Source: a virus (lineage: Duplodnaviria; Heunggongvirae; Uroviricota; Caudoviricetes). From it: DNA of 55,151 nucleotides. The stretch covers positions 1-55,151 of IMG/VR virus record IMGVR_UViG_3300047392_000113; one strand, 5' to 3'. The position numbers and the translations under genes were made by a program. A model generated the notes under the pieces. That model saw only the letters and a list, made by a program, of their open reading frames with translations, did not search any database and was not told the DNA's origin. Numbering within the stretch: position 1 is the stretch's first letter; each line of letters opens with the position of its first letter. This document shows, piece by piece, positions 15,457 to 23,990 of this stretch.

Positions 15457-17097
15457 TTATGTAGCGTATCTGCCTCGCATATAAGACCCAGCAGATGAGT
15501 CTTGATTTCTAATTGGTGCTCTAATGACTTGGTTCTGAGTCGTGTTGTTAACAACTGGTGCATTAACAACGTTAGTCTTATTACCACCAGTAGTTTCAGG
15601 AATCGCAGCAGCAGCGTTATCAGCAGATTTCTGCTCAACAGCAGATGCCGTTGTTGGAGCAGCTGCTTCAGGTTTTGCGCCAGAAGCGAGATCCTTAAAT
15701 GGATACCATGGACCAATCTTTTCTGGAACACCAGGAAGTTTTGATAGCGCACCCAATTTGATTTCTGGGATGCCAATGTTAGACAAGAGATTCAAGAAAC
15801 TGTTCTTCATTTCTGAGAAGAATCCACTGATAGGTTTAACAATATGATCGCCAACCCAATCAGCCATATTACCGATAACTTCTTTAATCTTTTCTTTATC
15901 GAATAGACCGAACGTTAAGAAATCAACGATACCAGCAAGACCAGCAACTAATGCTTTGCCAATATCACCAGTTGCCATAAATTCATCAAAGCCATCTTTG
16001 ATACCTTCCCACAACGCACCAACGATCGCACCAATAGCAAATACTTTTAGTAAACCTTTAAGTAATCTGGCAGGACTAAAAATACTTTTTAGTGTTTTCA
16101 TCAATCCTTCGCCCAAGAAACTAGTAATGGTATCAAGTAATCCACCACCCTCAGCTGGTTTTACTTTTTCTGGAGTTGCCCCACCCTTCTGCCCCACAGG
16201 TTTGGTATTTTCTGCAATTTTAGTCAGCAACTCTTTCATCTCACCTTGAGCACGAACACCTTCTAGTTGCGCTTCTTCATTTTGAGTTTCTTTTGCAGCA
16301 TTTGCAGTTGGTGTTTTTGCATTTGGGTTTACATTACCAACAACCGTTGGGTCAACACGTTGCGCACCACGATCGTACTTAGTTAGTTCATCACCTAATG
16401 CAGTTCGTTTATCTAATAAAGCAGCGCCAGCTGGAGTGCGACGCATTTCAGCTTCGTCAGTGATACCAGTTTTCTTTTGGAACTTTTCAACTTCTTTGCT
16501 GTGCTCTTGCATAGCTTTGCTTGCATTATATGCACCTTCAGCGTCCTCTTTAGATGGAGAGAATCCCATCGCTCTTTGTTTAGAAGACCATTCAGATTTA
16601 GCGATAGCTTTATTAAAAATGCCACCAACGTTCAATGAACCAAGAACAGTGCGCTTTAGACCACCATCTTTAATGCTAGTCTTTTCTTTAACACCTTGAA
16701 CTTTTTCCTTGAAAGACTTACCCATCTCTTGGAACATATTACCAGTTGTATTCATTGACTTGGCAATTTCTTCTAACTTCTTGGATTCACCGTCTGTTCG
16801 TTCAATTAGTTCTTTATATTGTTGTTCATCGCTCTTACGATGACGTTTTGCAGTCTCACCGTGTTCTTTAGCAACTCGTAATAGTTCCATTTGCATTTTA
16901 ACTGCATCAGCATTACCAGAAGATACCTGTTGGTTCTTTTGATACTCTTTGGATAACTCTAGAAGTTGTCTAATAGAAGACAGTTCTCCTAAGGACGCTT
17001 TTTGCGTTTCCAGCAGATTACCCAAACCCTCGTCATTAGACTTGGTCTGTTGTCTGATACTAGAATTAACTGAGCTATTACTGGTTCTTTTAGGCAT
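15457..17097 (-). CDS. baseplate hub / tail-length (tape-measure, gp29-like) protein
   Basis: 546 aa, helical low-complexity sequence; follows gp26 and gp51. Confidence 0.6.
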   Translation of the reverse strand: MPKRTSNSSVNSSIRQQTKSNDEGLGNLLETQKASLGELSSIRQLLELSKEYQKNQQVSSGNADAVKMQMELLRVAKEHGETAKRHRKSDEQQYKELIERTDGESKKLEEIAKSMNTTGNMFQEMGKSFKEKVQGVKEKTSIKDGGLKRTVLGSLNVGGIFNKAIAKSEWSSKQRAMGFSPSKEDAEGAYNASKAMQEHSKEVEKFQKKTGITDEAEMRRTPAGAALLDKRTALGDELTKYDRGAQRVDPTVVGNVNPNAKTPTANAAKETQNEEAQLEGVRAQGEMKELLTKIAENTKPVGQKGGATPEKVKPAEGGGLLDTITSFLGEGLMKTLKSIFSPARLLKGLLKVFAIGAIVGALWEGIKDGFDEFMATGDIGKALVAGLAGIVDFLTFGLFDKEKIKEVIGNMADWVGDHIVKPISGFFSEMKNSFLNLLSNIGIPEIKLGALSKLPGVPEKIGPWYPFKDLASGAKPEAAAPTTASAVEQKSADNAAAAIPETTGGNKTNVVNAPVVNNTTQNQVIRAPIRNQDSSAGSYMRGRYAT

Positions 17098-17098
17098 T

Positions 17099-17287
17099 TT
17101 ACATTCTCTTCTTAGATTCTAATCTTTGTTTTTCTTCTTCCAAATACTGAATCAACATATGGACATAAACTTCTCGTTCGAACGGAATCATGTCCTCTAA
17201 TTCCGAAAGAGAGTATTTGTGATACTGCATCAAAGCGAAATTCATTTTATAGTAATTCGCCAAACTCTCATGACACAGATTTATCAA
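17099..17287 (-). CDS. gp51: baseplate hub assembly catalyst
   Basis: NYYKMNFALMQYHKYSLSELEDMIPFEREVY motif. Confidence 0.8.
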   Translation of the reverse strand: MINLCHESLANYYKMNFALMQYHKYSLSELEDMIPFEREVYVHMLIQYLEEEKQRLESKKRM

Positions 17288-18006
17288 AAAAAACTTTGCA
17301 TTCCCTCCAACGTAACAGTATGGTGTTTAGCACAAACAGGGCAGTTGTATTCAACTGTCTTGGAGATCTTCGGCATCTTAGCGAAGAATGTCTGTAGCTT
17401 GTTAAACTGTTCGTTAGTTAGATTATACAAAAATTCTAATAATTCTTCTTTGGATTGTTCTTTTGCATAGTGTAGTTCTTCACCGTCATAAATGTATTCG
17501 ATTGATGTAGCGATAATATCAAAGATCGCCTCAACATTTTCTACATCTAAAGACTCCATCTTTGTTAACATTGCAAATGATGGATACTTCATAACTACAC
17601 CAACATCTCCAAACAGATCAATTTTCTTTGAGTGGTCTGCAGGAAATTCAACATCAATTTTAGTCAAGTCGATAGAAATTTTTAACTTGGCTTTTTCTTG
17701 ATCTTCTCCGTGATCTACATCACATGGGAATAGAAGTTCAATAATTTCACCAACAGACTTTGCACGGATTTGCGTGAAGATGTATTCGATATCGAAAATA
17801 GCTAGAGAGTCTACATCAATCTTATCTAATACACAACCACGGATAACTTGTTTTAAACTATCAACCATAACCTCGACATCTTCAGATTGTTGAGCGATCA
17901 ATAGTGCCTTTTCTTCTTTTACTAAGAAAGGACGGTATTTAATTTTTTCGCCAGTCGATGGAACTACAAGATTGTAGGTTGGCGTATTCATCATAGGTAA
18001 AGCCAT
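17284..18006 (-). CDS. gp26: baseplate hub subunit
   Basis: PSTGEKIKYRPFLVKEEKALL, DIEYIF..IRAKSVGE, CPVC. Confidence 0.88.
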   Translation of the reverse strand: MALPMMNTPTYNLVVPSTGEKIKYRPFLVKEEKALLIAQQSEDVEVMVDSLKQVIRGCVLDKIDVDSLAIFDIEYIFTQIRAKSVGEIIELLFPCDVDHGEDQEKAKLKISIDLTKIDVEFPADHSKKIDLFGDVGVVMKYPSFAMLTKMESLDVENVEAIFDIIATSIEYIYDGEELHYAKEQSKEELLEFLYNLTNEQFNKLQTFFAKMPKISKTVEYNCPVCAKHHTVTLEGMQSFF

Positions 18007-18008
18007 AA

Positions 18009-18428
18009 TTAATCTCCTTTAGTCATATTCTTTAACATTTTATTCAAATCAGCGGTGCTACCTGTAAAGATAACATTATTGTTCGTCACTTCTCTTTTCG
18101 CAACTTCCTTTGGTCCATCAAGTTTTTGTTTCTGGTGATGTACATCCATTAGTTGTTGGTTAACATCAGCTAGTTGTTTCATTAAGTTGCCAACAACCTC
18201 GAATGCTCGTGGGTGCTCGGAAGACTTTGCCACTTCTAGCGCATGCTCTAACGCAGCCTTACCTGTTGTTAGTAACTCACGAAGGTTTGTTCTTGCCATA
18301 TCGTAATCATTCTCCACCTTTTGATTTGGTGGAGTAATGATTTCGCCATCTTTAGTAATCACTTCAGTGTTATGGGCTGGAATAGTTTCCACCCCAAAAA
18401 CATTTGATAAAGAATCATCTACGTTCAT
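18009..18428 (-). CDS. gp16: terminase small subunit
   Basis: DYDMARTNL, SEHPRAFEV and TNNNVIFTGSTADL motifs. Confidence 0.85.
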   Translation of the reverse strand: MNVDDSLSNVFGVETIPAHNTEVITKDGEIITPPNQKVENDYDMARTNLRELLTTGKAALEHALEVAKSSEHPRAFEVVGNLMKQLADVNQQLMDVHHQKQKLDGPKEVAKREVTNNNVIFTGSTADLNKMLKNMTKGD

Positions 18429-18431
18429 TGT

Positions 18432-18926
18432 TTAGTCGTTTCTTGTATTTCTCACAGGTGGATCATCTGGATGTAATTCATCAGAACTCACTGTTGTTGA
18501 GATTGGTTTTGGGATTGGTTTAGCTGCTTGAGGTACGCTTCCAGTTGTAGCTGTACTAGCACCTGCTGTGGAGAATCCTGCTGGCGCAGATAAGCTAGGT
18601 GTTGGAGAGACGCTTGTTGGTATGTTTGCTCCGCCATTATTTGCTCCTGCTAGTTTTTCTTGTGTACGACCCATTGCTGCGATACCTAGAACTGCACCCA
18701 TTGCAATGTGATACAACCCAGCGCCTTGTAGCGTTAGTGGTTGCCATTGAGAAACAGGTTGTTTTAGTGCTGCTTGTAGTAAAGACCATAGAATTGGAAA
18801 TAGCACAAAATCGCACAGGCAAGTGCCCATGTAAATCCATCCCATCATAGGACGCCATTTACTGTTCATCCAGTCTTCTTTTTTCTTTTCACTTGTACTC
18901 ATTTTTTCATATTCTTCTTGTGCCAT
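18432..18926 (-). CDS. putative holin (3TM GTA-holin-like)
   Basis: WRPMMGWIY...DFVLFP...GAVLGIAAMGRTQEK with hydrophobic helices. Confidence 0.6.
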   Translation of the reverse strand: MAQEEYEKMSTSEKKKEDWMNSKWRPMMGWIYMGTCLCDFVLFPILWSLLQAALKQPVSQWQPLTLQGAGLYHIAMGAVLGIAAMGRTQEKLAGANNGGANIPTSVSPTPSLSAPAGFSTAGASTATTGSVPQAAKPIPKPISTTVSSDELHPDDPPVRNTRND

Positions 18927-18936
18927 CTCTATTCCT

Positions 18937-19665
18937 TTAAAATCTAATTCTTGGTATTTTAGATGTTAAAGAAGGGATCTGAGTCACAGCCCAGCTTCCA
19001 GCTGCACCGATGGCGAAATTCATTAATTTATCTTGTGGTGTAGCTTTTGGTATTGTACTAAATCCGTCTGGAGCAGTTGTCGTAGCGTCAAACCACTTAT
19101 ATGCAATGGAAACAGATAACTTCATAACATCTCTCGAAGCATAATCTAATTGCACCGCCCCTATACTCTTTGGATAGCATTCGTATAAGGTTACATAGTA
19201 ATGGGTTTTATCACTGACATCTTGTACTTTGATTCGAATGTCAGTTACATAATTGTTGTAGTAATTAAATGTTCTTGTTTGTGGGTTATACATATGTTCT
19301 TGCCACAAGTCGAACAAATTCTTTACCTGCATGTCTTTATCAACGTAGAAAGACATAGTGATGTCTTCATACAACTTTTCATAAGGTGCATCTCTAAATT
19401 CACCGAATGTTCTATTCTGAGTAGTTGAGAAATTTGTCCCTGGAAGCTGAACCTGATCACAGAACAATAACGCTTTGCGTTTTACATTGTCATTGAATGT
19501 GAACGGTAGATCCATAACTACAGAGTATCGATTGGTGCGTGCCAACCCACCACTCTTTACGTGAGACACGAATTCTTTAATTGGGTTACGTTTAACCTTG
19601 TCCACAGACTTAGGAGAAATAAGGTTTCCTACGTTTCCACCTAGCGGTAAGTTATTAAAATCCAT
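18937..19665 (-). CDS. gp54: baseplate tail-tube initiator
   Basis: GLARTNRY, VQLPG, PYEKLYEDITMSFYVD, YECYPKSIG. Confidence 0.7.
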   Translation of the reverse strand: MDFNNLPLGGNVGNLISPKSVDKVKRNPIKEFVSHVKSGGLARTNRYSVVMDLPFTFNDNVKRKALLFCDQVQLPGTNFSTTQNRTFGEFRDAPYEKLYEDITMSFYVDKDMQVKNLFDLWQEHMYNPQTRTFNYYNNYVTDIRIKVQDVSDKTHYYVTLYECYPKSIGAVQLDYASRDVMKLSVSIAYKWFDATTTAPDGFSTIPKATPQDKLMNFAIGAAGSWAVTQIPSLTSKIPRIRF

Positions 19666-19666
19666 T

Positions 19667-20275
19667 TTATGCTCTTCTTATTTTTCTTTGTGATTCTGTC
19701 CAAACTTCTTGTTTAGAAGCACCAACGAATCTCTCAACAGGAAGCATCATAGCAGTAACCCAGTCTTCAGAAGATACCTTTCTGAACTGAGTTTTTACGT
19801 GTCCTGTGAGATATTGTTTCACACAAGGAATGGCAGCATTAAATTTGGAGATACCGTCAATCGTCGCCCAAGAATATTTAAGGCGAGTTGTTTCATCCAT
19901 TCTATTGTTAGATCTAAACACCATCAATCTATCGAGCAGAGCGATTCTAAGATGGTATGGCAAATAGTGCATATTCAACCCAACGAATCCATCTTGAGTC
20001 TTTCTAAATGGAAAGACTAGAGGGAATTTGTCATAATATGGTAATTCCTTCTTCATTTTAGGATCATACCCGTATAGGTACAAGTTTCCTGGAATTAGGG
20101 TAGTTGTTAAATCAGATGGCACACCACCAATCACTTTTTGTGGAGTGAGGTTCTGCTTTGTCAGTAAAGCGACTTGTGTATCATACCACCCACGGGATTT
20201 CCTGATCGCAGTGGGAAGATCATACTGATTTCGTTCGAAAACGTCTTGCAGGGTTTTTGGTTTAGTTGTAGCCAT
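19667..20275 (-). CDS. gp2: DNA end protector protein
   Basis: YDPKMKKELPYYDKFPLV, GLNMHYLP, CVKQYL. Confidence 0.88.
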   Translation of the reverse strand: MATTKPKTLQDVFERNQYDLPTAIRKSRGWYDTQVALLTKQNLTPQKVIGGVPSDLTTTLIPGNLYLYGYDPKMKKELPYYDKFPLVFPFRKTQDGFVGLNMHYLPYHLRIALLDRLMVFRSNNRMDETTRLKYSWATIDGISKFNAAIPCVKQYLTGHVKTQFRKVSSEDWVTAMMLPVERFVGASKQEVWTESQRKIRRA

Positions 20276-20280
20276 TAAAT

Positions 20281-20287
20281 TATTTAG
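20281..20287 (-). promoter_or_regulatory. late promoter variant for gp2
   Basis: CTAAATA on the minus strand just upstream of gp2. Confidence 0.5.
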
Positions 20288-20712
20288 GACTTAAGACCAA
20301 GTTCGTATTCAGTTATAATCTTAAATTCCCAGCGTCTTTCCTTACAATATTCTCTAGCTGCAGCCCATTTTGCTTGATTTTTGATATAAGTCATGGACTC
20401 AGTTATATACCTTTGAGTATTTCGCCCTGGATACACTGGTGGCTCTGTTTGCTTGTGTGGTTTAACCTCGACCAGATAAGTCTTGTTATCAGCTGTAGTT
20501 ATCTTGAAGTCTACAAAATAACGATGGATTCTACCATCAGTCGGGCATCTATATGGAACAATGGTTTCTTCTGAATTCCACTTGATAATCGAAGGGTTTT
20601 TATCGCACCAATTTGCAAATGTGCGTTCCCAAGAAGACCTGCAAATGATATTAGTTGGGTCTCCTACATACTTTTCAGGGAATACAGGAACGAACTTTGA
20701 TTTATGGAACAT
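20284..20712 (-). CDS. gp4: head completion protein
   Basis: RSSWE, WCDKNP, WNSEE, HRYFVDF, VEVKP and NQAKW motifs. Confidence 0.92.
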   Translation of the reverse strand: MFHKSKFVPVFPEKYVGDPTNIICRSSWERTFANWCDKNPSIIKWNSEETIVPYRCPTDGRIHRYFVDFKITTADNKTYLVEVKPHKQTEPPVYPGRNTQRYITESMTYIKNQAKWAAAREYCKERRWEFKIITEYELGLKS

Positions 20713-20728
20713 AAATAAGTACTGGAAG

Positions 20729-20752
20729 TATAAATAACACCCACTTATTTAG
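20729..20752. promoter_or_regulatory. divergent T4-type late promoters
   Basis: TATAAATA on + (20729-20736) and CTAAATA on - (20746-20752). Confidence 0.75.
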
Positions 20753-20759
20753 AGAAACT

Positions 20760-21959
20760 ATGGGACTATTAGACACAATCTCCTCAGCGTATGGTAGCGC
20801 AAAATCAGCAGTAACTGGAGTCGTAGATCAGGTAAGATCTGATGTTAGCGCAGCCAAGTCGACTGTAAATCCACCAAACCTCTATACACCTAGAGGTAAA
20901 AATTCCCCCATGGATTCTGGTAAATATGACATCAAAAATCATTCTTATCCAAATGATCTAATGGCATCCGACGGTAGATATGGTGGAAGTTACGTTATGT
21001 TCTACATAAACGTATCTACTGCATCTAAACTTGTTAATGGAAAAAATGCAGCGGAGACTCTTGCTGTTGGAGATTATCCTGCAAGAGATCGTGGTGATCT
21101 TATTGGTATGAATATGTCTAAAACTGGTCTCGTCGCATCAGAGGCGGGTATTGCTGGAGTTGAGGCTCTTGTTGCTGGTGGTGTTTTATCTAGTGGTAAG
21201 GGTATTAAAGATGCTGCAAAAACTACAGGTAAACTTGTTGGAGCAGCAGCCGCTGCACCTGCAGTTGGATTGGGCATTACAGCTACTATGGCTCCAGACG
21301 CTAAACGATCTCAGAAGAGACTAAAGACAGCAATTGCCCTACATATTCCAAATCAGCTATCTGTTCGTTATGGAGTTCAGTGGTCTGAAGACGACACATC
21401 TGCTTTGGCTATGGTTAATGCTGGCGGTACTGAAATTTTGAAGGCTCTTTCTGGAGATAAAAAGTCAGACCCTGCAGGTACGGGTGCTGCTATTATTGCT
21501 AATCTTTCTCTTTCTAAACTGCCAGCAAATATGGCTGGTGGCGCTTCAGCTGCTCTTGGTTTAGCAGCAAACCCTAAAAAAGAACAAGTGTTTAAGGGTG
21601 TTGACTTTAGAACATTTAGTTTCGATTATCAATTTTTCCCAAGAAGTATAGATGAAGCTAACAATGTGTTGAGAATCATCGAAGAATTCAAATACCACAT
21701 GCATCCAGAGTTTAAGGATGCTAATAACTTTGTTTACTTGTACCCTTCTGAATTTGACATTATGTACTTTGCTAATGGTAAAGAAAACAAAAACCTACAT
21801 CGTCACACCTCTTGCGTATTAACTAGTATGAATGTAAACTATACGCCAAACGGTATGTTCACCACATTCGATAATGGTATGCCAACCCAAATCAATATCA
21901 CATTAGAATTCCGTGAATTGGCTCTATTGACAAAAGATAAAGTTAAGGACGGACTATAA
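20760..21959 (+). CDS. gp48: baseplate tail-tube cap
   Basis: NPKKEQVFKGVDFRTFSFDYQFFPRS...FKYHMHP...YPSEFDI. Confidence 0.85.
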   Translation: MGLLDTISSAYGSAKSAVTGVVDQVRSDVSAAKSTVNPPNLYTPRGKNSPMDSGKYDIKNHSYPNDLMASDGRYGGSYVMFYINVSTASKLVNGKNAAETLAVGDYPARDRGDLIGMNMSKTGLVASEAGIAGVEALVAGGVLSSGKGIKDAAKTTGKLVGAAAAAPAVGLGITATMAPDAKRSQKRLKTAIALHIPNQLSVRYGVQWSEDDTSALAMVNAGGTEILKALSGDKKSDPAGTGAAIIANLSLSKLPANMAGGASAALGLAANPKKEQVFKGVDFRTFSFDYQFFPRSIDEANNVLRIIEEFKYHMHPEFKDANNFVYLYPSEFDIMYFANGKENKNLHRHTSCVLTSMNVNYTPNGMFTTFDNGMPTQINITLEFRELALLTKDKVKDGL

Positions 21960-21960
21960 A

Positions 21961-22716
21961 ATGTACTTTAAAGAATTTCCTGCTATTCTTTATGACTTTG
22001 ATGTTAATGTTACATCAAGCAAAGGGGTTCAAGCTAAAGCAACTTCCAGTCTTTCTGCAGATGGTGTCGGTGCTGTAACTATTACAGATCAAGGATCTGG
22101 TTATACCACTGCCTCTGTTACCTTTTCTGAACCAGAGAATACTGGTGTTACAGCTTCTGCATATGCTGTTATTAGTAATGGTAAAATAACAAACATAATT
22201 ATGAAAAATGCTGGTGGAGGTTATATTCAGCCTCCATCAGTAGTTATTACCCCACCATACGGTAATCTGAAAAAAGAAACAAGAGCGTATGCATTAACTG
22301 ACATTAGTAGAAATATTCGTTTTCGTAAAGAACTTCTTTCTAATGTAACTGCATATGATGAATACGATATTGAAGATGGTGAGACTCCAGAAATTATCGC
22401 AGAAAAGATTTATGGTAATCCAGAGTATCATTGGATTATTATGCTTGCAAACGATATGTATGATTATAGAAAAGACTTTCCATTAACACAACTTCAATTA
22501 GAGAAATATGTTGATGATAAGTATGGTGTTAATGCAGACGCTATCCACCATTATGTAAATAGTAATGGTTTTGTTGTTAACTCTGACGCCACTGGTGCAG
22601 TATCTGTTTCTAATAGACAATATGAAGATATCGTCAATGAATCTAAACGCAGAATCAAAATTATTTCTAAAGACTTGGTTGGCGTAATTCTAAAGAACTT
22701 TAAAGAATTGTTATAA
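21961..22716 (+). CDS. gp53: baseplate wedge subunit with an N-proximal insertion
   Basis: MYFKEFP start; GETPEIIAEKIYGNPEYHWII LysM-like motif. Confidence 0.88.
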   Translation: MYFKEFPAILYDFDVNVTSSKGVQAKATSSLSADGVGAVTITDQGSGYTTASVTFSEPENTGVTASAYAVISNGKITNIIMKNAGGGYIQPPSVVITPPYGNLKKETRAYALTDISRNIRFRKELLSNVTAYDEYDIEDGETPEIIAEKIYGNPEYHWIIMLANDMYDYRKDFPLTQLQLEKYVDDKYGVNADAIHHYVNSNGFVVNSDATGAVSVSNRQYEDIVNESKRRIKIISKDLVGVILKNFKELL

Positions 22717-23990
22717 TGGAATCCTCTTCAAGAGCAGCCAGATTTGCTGGTGATGTATCAATCGATAAAGTAAAGATTATAACAAGAAGCGGTCTTGCTC
22801 AAGATATCGCTGCTCAAGTCATTGCAATTCAAATTTTTGAAGATATATTCTCACCTTTTATTAGTGGTTCATTAATTGTTAGAGAATCGTTAGATTTAAT
22901 TAACTTATTCCCATTTGCAGGCGAAGAAAGATTGGAGTTAGAGATTAGTACTCCATCTTTAGAAAAAGGAAACATAAAATGCAATTTTTATGTTTACAAG
23001 CTAACAGATAGAGAATTACTTGGTGATAAAAGTGTTGTTTATCAATTACACTTTATTTCTGAAGAAGCTGTTATTGATATGAATAAGAAAGTTAGTCGAG
23101 TATTTGGTGATAAGCCAGAAGCTGTTATCGAGTATCTTTCTAAAGATGATATTAATGGTCTACAGACTAAAAAGAAAGTTACTATCGAGCCAACTGCAAA
23201 GATAGTTAAGTTTATTTCTAATTTTTGGTCCCCATCAAAAGCTATTCAATATGCTACTGCACAAGCAGTGAATAATAACAACTCTCCGAGTTATCTTTTC
23301 TTCGAGAATAGAGATGGGTTTAATTTTGTTTCTTTAGAAACTCTCTATTCTAATCAAGTATATCAAGAATTTGTTTACGACAAATATACTCGTGACAAGA
23401 TGCAAAATGGTGGGGATGTAAAGAACGTTGGCGCAGACTATAAACGAATTGACCTTGTTAGCATTCCATTCGGTTTCGATTATATTGATAGAATTAAAAA
23501 TGGAATGTTTGCTTCAAAGATGATTTCTTACGATTTGACCAAGAAACAATACAACGTAAAATCTTTTAATATGTTTGACCATTACGATGGCGCTAAACAT
23601 TTAAATGCGCATAATATTGCTTCCAATAAATCTATCTTTAGAACTAACTCTACGCTGTTTAACTATCCACGAGCTAATTCGACATTTAGTGGTTTTAGTG
23701 ATGCCACTAATTATAGAAACGAGCAAAAACGAATATCTTTAATAAAAGCATCAGAAGCTAATAAGATTCAGATCGTTGTCCCTGGAAGATGCGATTATAC
23801 TGTTGGCCAGAAAGTCAATATCAGGCTGTATAAGATTGAACCACTCAGCGAAAAAGATGATGATAATTTGGATAAAATGTTCTCTGGTAATTATATTATT
23901 GCTGCTGTGAACCACTACATTAACAGAGAAAGACACGAATGTAATATGGAACTTATCAAAGATTCCTTAATGATGAAGGTTGGAGAATAA
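22716..23990 (+). CDS. baseplate hub-type structural protein (gp27-like)
   Basis: Lies between gp53 and gp5; IFEDIFSPF..G and FSGNYII..VNH patterns. Confidence 0.6.
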   Translation: MESSSRAARFAGDVSIDKVKIITRSGLAQDIAAQVIAIQIFEDIFSPFISGSLIVRESLDLINLFPFAGEERLELEISTPSLEKGNIKCNFYVYKLTDRELLGDKSVVYQLHFISEEAVIDMNKKVSRVFGDKPEAVIEYLSKDDINGLQTKKKVTIEPTAKIVKFISNFWSPSKAIQYATAQAVNNNNSPSYLFFENRDGFNFVSLETLYSNQVYQEFVYDKYTRDKMQNGGDVKNVGADYKRIDLVSIPFGFDYIDRIKNGMFASKMISYDLTKKQYNVKSFNMFDHYDGAKHLNAHNIASNKSIFRTNSTLFNYPRANSTFSGFSDATNYRNEQKRISLIKASEANKIQIVVPGRCDYTVGQKVNIRLYKIEPLSEKDDDNLDKMFSGNYIIAAVNHYINRERHECNMELIKDSLMMKVGE

